Assembly (NCBI GenBank): GCA_012295275.1
Contig: CM022666.1
Location: 8,184,001-8,248,000 of the forward strand
Length of the DNA stretch: 64,000 nucleotides
Reading direction: 5' to 3'
Origin: Chrysomallon squamiferum
Taxonomy: Eukaryota > Animalia > Mollusca
Shown here: one piece after another, positions 58,925 through 64,000 of the stretch
Numbering within the stretch: the stretch's first letter is position 1
Layout: the number at the start of each line of letters is the position of its first letter
The notes under the pieces: generated by a model
Databases searched by the model: none
Told to the model about the DNA's origin: nothing
The model's input: the letters and a program-made list of their open reading frames with translations, nothing else
Program-made: the position numbers and the translations under genes

Positions 58925-58997
58925 TGGAGATGCAGGGCATCGATCCCCGTACCTCTCACATGCTAAGCGAGCGTTCTACCATCTGAGCTACATCCCC
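58925..58997 (-). tRNA. tRNA-Ala(AGC) array copy C5
   Basis: As C1. Confidence 0.72.
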
Positions 58998-59096
58998 TTG
59001 CTTTTCTAAATCGATAAAGTACAACATAGTTAATTGGTAAATAACATAGTTAATTCATTAAGAAAGAAAATGAAAGAAGGAAAGAAAGACAAACAT

Positions 59097-59169
59097 TGGA
59101 GATGCAGGGCATCGATCCCAGTACCTTATACATGCTAAGCGAGCGCTCTACCATCTGATCTAAATTGCC
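59097..59169 (-). pseudogene. tRNA-Ala pseudogene D5
   Basis: As D1. Confidence 0.8.
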
Positions 59170-59269
59170 ATGCTTTTCTAAATCGGTAAAGTACAACATA
59201 GTTAATTGGTAAATAACATACTTAATTCATTAAGAAAGAAAATGAATTAACGAAAAAAACGACAAATAT

Positions 59270-59323
59270 TGGAGATGCAGGGCATCGATCCCAGTACCTC
59301 TCACATGCTAAGCGAGCGCTCTA
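59270..59323 (-). pseudogene. 5'-truncated tRNA-Ala E5
   Basis: As E1. Confidence 0.8.
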
Positions 59324-59534
59324 TTTTTTTCATTATTTTTTTAATTCATAACAAGTGAAATTAAGGAAAGATGGAAGGAAATGAACAAAAGAAAACAAAA
59401 GAATAAATGGCATTAAAAGAAACACTGACAGAGATTTTTAAATTTGAAGGTTACGATTATCGATAAATCAGATCTATCGATACTTTCTATCTCAGAATTT
59501 GAAACACTGGCTTTGACTGGCTGTAGACAGATAT

Positions 59535-59607
59535 GTTCATGTAGCTCGGCTGGTAGAGCGCTCGCGTATTCTGTGACAAATACGGTGAACGAAGCCTTGC
59601 ATATCCC
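59535..59607 (+). pseudogene. Degenerate tRNA-Ala-like F5
   Basis: As F1. Confidence 0.7.
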
Positions 59608-59621
59608 GTATTTATCTATTG

Positions 59622-59658
<37 letters not shown>

Positions 59659-59878
59659 TTTTTAAATTCGTCTTCTTCGTTGTTATTATTAGCATCGTCA
59701 TCATTGTCGTCTTATCATTTTCGTTATCATTTTCTTCTTCTTCACTGTAATCATAGTATTACTATTTAGATTATTAATACAACTACTGTTTCTACTATTA
59801 TTACTATTACTACTTTTACGGCTCTTTACAGATATTTAAAATACAACGTTAATAAATTTATCGATAATAATAACGGGG

Positions 59879-60027
<149 letters not shown>

Positions 60028-60042
60028 CACAAAAAGGGTGAT

Positions 60043-60115
60043 TGGAGATGCAGGGCATCGATCCCCCTACTTCTCACATGCAAAGCGTGCGCTCTACCAT
60101 CTGAGCCACATCCCC
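60043..60115 (-). tRNA. tRNA-Ala(TGC) array copy A6
   Basis: As A2. Confidence 0.55.
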
Positions 60116-60218
60116 ATGCTTTTCAAAATCGGTAAAGTACAACATAATTAATTGGTAAATAACATAGTTAATTCATTAAGAAAGAAAATGAATTAACGAA
60201 AAAAAAAAAGACAAATAT

Positions 60219-60291
60219 TGGAGATGCAGGGCATCGATCCCAGTACCTCTCACATGCAAAGCGAGCGCCCTACCATCTGAGCTACATCCCC
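60219..60291 (-). tRNA. tRNA-Ala(TGC) array copy B6
   Basis: As B1. Confidence 0.65.
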
Positions 60292-60398
60292 TGGCTTTTC
60301 TAAATCTGTAAATTACAACATAGTTAATCGGTAAATAACATTGTTAATTCATTAAGAAGGAAAAGGAAAGTACGAAAAAAAAGGACAAATATTGTTAT

Positions 60399-60471
60399 TG
60401 GAGATGCAGGGCATCGATCCCCGTACCTCTCACATGCTAAGCGAGCGTTCTACCATCTGAGCTACATCCCC
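60399..60471 (-). tRNA. tRNA-Ala(AGC) array copy C6
   Basis: As C1. Confidence 0.72.
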
Positions 60472-60570
60472 TTGCTTTTCTAAATCGATAAAGTACAACA
60501 TAGTTAATTGGTAAATAACATAGTTAATTCATTAAGAAAGAAAATGAAAGAAGGAAAGAAAGACAAACAT

Positions 60571-60684
60571 TGGAGATGCAGGGCATCGATCCCAGTACCT
60601 TATACATAGCAATTCATTAAGCGAGCGCTCTACCATCTGATCTAAATTGCTAAGCGAGCACTCTACCATCTGATCTAAATTGCC
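60571..60684 (-). pseudogene. tRNA-Ala pseudogene D6 with internal duplication
   Basis: TAAGCGAGC(G/A)CTCTACCATCTGATCTAAATTGC occurs twice, plus short filler. Confidence 0.78.
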
Positions 60685-60784
60685 ATGCTTTTCTAAATCG
60701 GTAAAGTACAACATAGTTAATTGGTAAATAACATACTTAATTCATTAAGAAAGAAAATGAATTAACGAAAAAAACGACAAATAT

Positions 60785-60838
60785 TGGAGATGCAGGGCAT
60801 CGATCCCAGTACCTCTCACATGCTAAGCGAGCGCTCTA
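60785..60838 (-). pseudogene. 5'-truncated tRNA-Ala E6
   Basis: As E1. Confidence 0.8.
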
Positions 60839-61050
60839 TTATTTTTCATTATTTTTTTAATTCATAACAAGTGAAATTAAGGAAAGATGGAAGGAAATGA
60901 ACAAAAGAAAACAAAAGAATAAATGGCATTAAAAGAAACACTGACAGAGATTTTTAAATTTGAAGGTTACGATTATCGATAAATCAGATCTATCGATACT
61001 TTCTATCTCAGAATTTGAAACACTGGCTTTGACTGGCTGTAGACAGATAT

Positions 61051-61123
61051 GTTCATGTAGCTCGGCTGGTAGAGCGTTCGCGTATTCTGTGACAAATACG
61101 GTGAACGAAGCCTTGCATATCCC
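61051..61123 (+). pseudogene. Degenerate tRNA-Ala-like F6
   Basis: As F1 with one more substitution. Confidence 0.7.
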
Positions 61124-61137
61124 GTATTTATCTATTG

Positions 61138-61171
<34 letters not shown>

Positions 61172-61389
61172 TTTAAATTCGTCTTCTTCGTTGTTATTAT
61201 TAGCATCATCATCATTGTCGTCTTATCATTTTCGTTATCATTTTCTTCTTCTTCACTGTAATCATAGTATTACTATTTAGATTATTAATACAACTACTGT
61301 TTCTACTATTATTACTATTACTACTTTTACGGCTCTTTACAGATATTTAAAATACAACGTTAATAAATTTATCGATAATAATAACGGGG

Positions 61390-61511
<122 letters not shown>

Positions 61512-61530
61512 AAAAAACAAAAAGGGTAAT

Positions 61531-61603
61531 TGGAGATGCAGGGCATCGATCCCCGTACTTCTCACATGCAAAGCGTGCGCTCTACCATCTGAGCCACATC
61601 CCC
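61531..61603 (-). tRNA. tRNA-Ala(TGC) array copy A7
   Basis: As A3. Confidence 0.62.
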
Positions 61604-61705
61604 ATGCTTTTCAAAATCGGTAAAGTACAACATAATTAATTGGTAAATAACATAGTTAATTCATTAAGAAAGAAAATGAATTAACGAAAAAAAAAAAACA
61701 AATAT

Positions 61706-61778
61706 TGGAGATGCAGGGCATCGATCCCAGTACCTCTCACATGCAAAGCGAGCGCCCTACCATCTGAGCTACATCCCC
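61706..61778 (-). tRNA. tRNA-Ala(TGC) array copy B7
   Basis: As B1. Confidence 0.65.
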
Positions 61779-61885
61779 TGGCTTTTCTAAATCTGTAAAT
61801 TACAACATAGTTAATCGGTAAATAACATTGTTAATTCATTAAGAAGGAAAAGGAAAGTACGAAAAAAAAGGACAAATATTGTTAT

Positions 61886-61958
61886 TGGAGATGCAGGGCA
61901 TCGATCCCCGTACCTCTCACATGCTAAGCGAGCGTTCTACCATCTGAGCTACATCCCC
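61886..61958 (-). tRNA. tRNA-Ala(AGC) array copy C7
   Basis: As C1. Confidence 0.72.
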
Positions 61959-62057
61959 TTGCTTTTCTAAATCGATAAAGTACAACATAGTTAATTGGTA
62001 AATAACATAGTTAATTCATTAAGAAAGAAAATGAAAGAAGGAAAGAAAGACAAACAT

Positions 62058-62130
62058 TGGAGATGCAGGGCATCGATCCCAGTACCTTATACATGCTAAG
62101 CGAGCGCTCTACCATCTGATCTAAATTGCC
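62058..62130 (-). pseudogene. tRNA-Ala pseudogene D7
   Basis: As D1. Confidence 0.8.
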
Positions 62131-62230
62131 ATGCTTTTCTAAATCGGTAAAGTACAACATAGTTAATTGGTAAATAACATACTTAATTCATTAAGAAAGA
62201 AAATGAATTAACGAAAAAAACGACAAATAT

Positions 62231-62284
62231 TGGAGATGCAGGGCATCGATCCCAGTACCTCTCACATGCTAAGCGAGCGCTCTA
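62231..62284 (-). pseudogene. 5'-truncated tRNA-Ala E7
   Basis: As E1. Confidence 0.8.
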
Positions 62285-62506
62285 TTATTTTTCATTATTT
62301 TTTTAATTCATAACAAGTGAAATTAAGGAAAGATGGAAGGAAATGAACAAAAGAAAACAAAAGAATAAATGGCATTAAAAGAAACACTGACAGAGATTTT
62401 TAAATTTGAAGATTACGATTATCGATAAATCAGATCTATCCCAGTACTTTCTATCTCAGAATTTGAAACACTTCTTTGGCTTTGTTTGGCTGAATGTTTG
62501 AGATAT

Positions 62507-62591
62507 GTTCATGTAGCTCCCACAGCTGGTAGAGCGTTCGACGATTCTGTGACAAATACGGTGAACGAAGCCCCGTTTCCCGCATTGACCA
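62507..62591 (+). pseudogene. Garbled tRNA-like F7 at array edge
   Basis: F-like with many indels, ending CCCGCATTGACCA. Confidence 0.5.
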
Positions 62592-63389
62592 TCTAAAAAA
62601 TTTATTATTTATTATTATTATTATATTTTCTTTTGTTATTGTTTCGTCTTCTTCTTTTTTTCTTCTTATTATTAGTAGTGGTAGCAGGACGCAGTAGTAG
62701 TCGTCTTCATCATTTTCGTTATCATTTTCTTCTTCGACAGCCATGTTTATTGTCATGTGTTATTTTCGTCTGCTTAATTTTTCAGTATGTAAGGTAGGAA
62801 ATTATTAGTTTTGTAAAATATTTTGTACAAGATTAATCGCTAAAACATAAATTGGTACAATAATTAGATTTATCAAAAAAGAAATCACCATAATTTAAAC
62901 AAACAATTACACATAACAAGATCGCCTGACTTTGGACCCGAAGTTTATATCCATGTAAATGTCTGTTCAATAGTTAAGTGTTTTTCTCTTTCTTTACAGT
63001 GGATGTTAATTATGTATTCCACAGGCTTGTTTAATTTAAGCTAGTTGATATTTATGTGTAGGTGTATTGAGGACATTTGTGTGTATGTCACGTTGACTGT
63101 GTTCTGTGTTTGTTTACTTGCTTTCTTTAATTGCATGCACCAACAGGAACGATAACTCGTAACGGCACAAATTACGTCACGAATAGTTTGTATTTCTCAC
63201 TTGTTTAATACTCTATAATACTTTTTTTTTTTTTTTTTTTTTTTGTCTGCATGTTTGTTTTATATTTATTATATTTCTGTACTGTGATTCCATTGTTTGT
63301 TTTTTATATTTATATTTGTGTATTGTGTTACCATGTTTGATGAATGTTTATATGTTTCTGTATCGAGGCTGCCTCTTCCTTTTATATTT

Positions 63390-64000
63390 ATATCTTTACA
63401 TGTTGGAATATTCATGTTTGTTCTATATGTTTGTCTTCATGTTTGTTATGTATCAACATCGTTGTATAATGTCTGCATGTTTTTTCTGTACTAACTTGTT
63501 TGTACAACGTCTGCATGTTTGTTCTGCATTAACTTGTTTGTCTAATGTCTAAATGATTCTTGTGTATTAACTTGTTTTTCTGTCTGCATTTTTGTGTGTA
63601 TTAACCTGTTTGTCTAATGTCTACATGTTTGTTGTGTATTAACTTGTTTGTCTAATGTCTGCATGTTTGTCCTCTATTTATCTGTTTGTATAATGTCTGC
63701 ACGATTGTTCTGTGTTAACTTGTTTGTCTAATGTCTGTAAATTTGTTGTGTTTTAACCAAGTTGTCTAATGTCTACATGATTCTTGTGTATTAACTTGTT
63801 TTTCTAATGTCTGCATCTTTGTGTGTATTAACCTGTTTGTCTAATGTCTGCATGTTTGTTGTGTATTAACTTGTTTGTATAATGTCTCTATGTTTGTTGT
63901 ATATTAACCTGTTTTTCTAATGTCTGCATGTTTGTTGTGTATTAACTTGTTTCTCTAATGTCTGCATGTTTGTTCTCTATTTATCTGTTTGTATAATGTC
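63390..64000. repeat. 38-bp minisatellite running off the window end
   Basis: TAATGTCTGCATGTTTGTTGTGTATTAACTTGTTTGTC recurring at ~63615, 63653, 63691, 63729, 63767 and onward. Confidence 0.9.

Overview
AT-rich, microsatellite-dense eukaryotic DNA from an invertebrate animal; the repeat landscape is cephalopod/mollusc-like, but the species cannot be fixed from sequence alone. Almost all ORF-track entries are microsatellite artefacts. (1) One real protein gene on the minus strand, 9575-26372: at least 15 GT-AG exons, about 600 codons, a DUF885-family zincin-like protein with a GPI-signal-like tail. One exon is frameshifted and the 5' end is unresolved. (2) About 56 tRNA-Ala-derived copies: 14 dispersed loci at 12-44 kb, and 42 in a 7-unit, ~1.5-kb higher-order tandem array at 52.6-62.7 kb, 13 of which have an AGC-to-TGC anticodon change. 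(3) The most notable item is a 5'-truncated L1/Tx1-type retrotransposon inserted inside a tRNA-Ala gene with a 13-bp target-site duplication. It carries a 3'-transduced half tRNA-Pro(TGG), implying consecutive insertions at nearly the same position of two different tRNA isotypes. (4) Three non-autonomous DNA transposons, several minisatellites and local duplications. Coordinates were counted by eye and may be off by a few bases.
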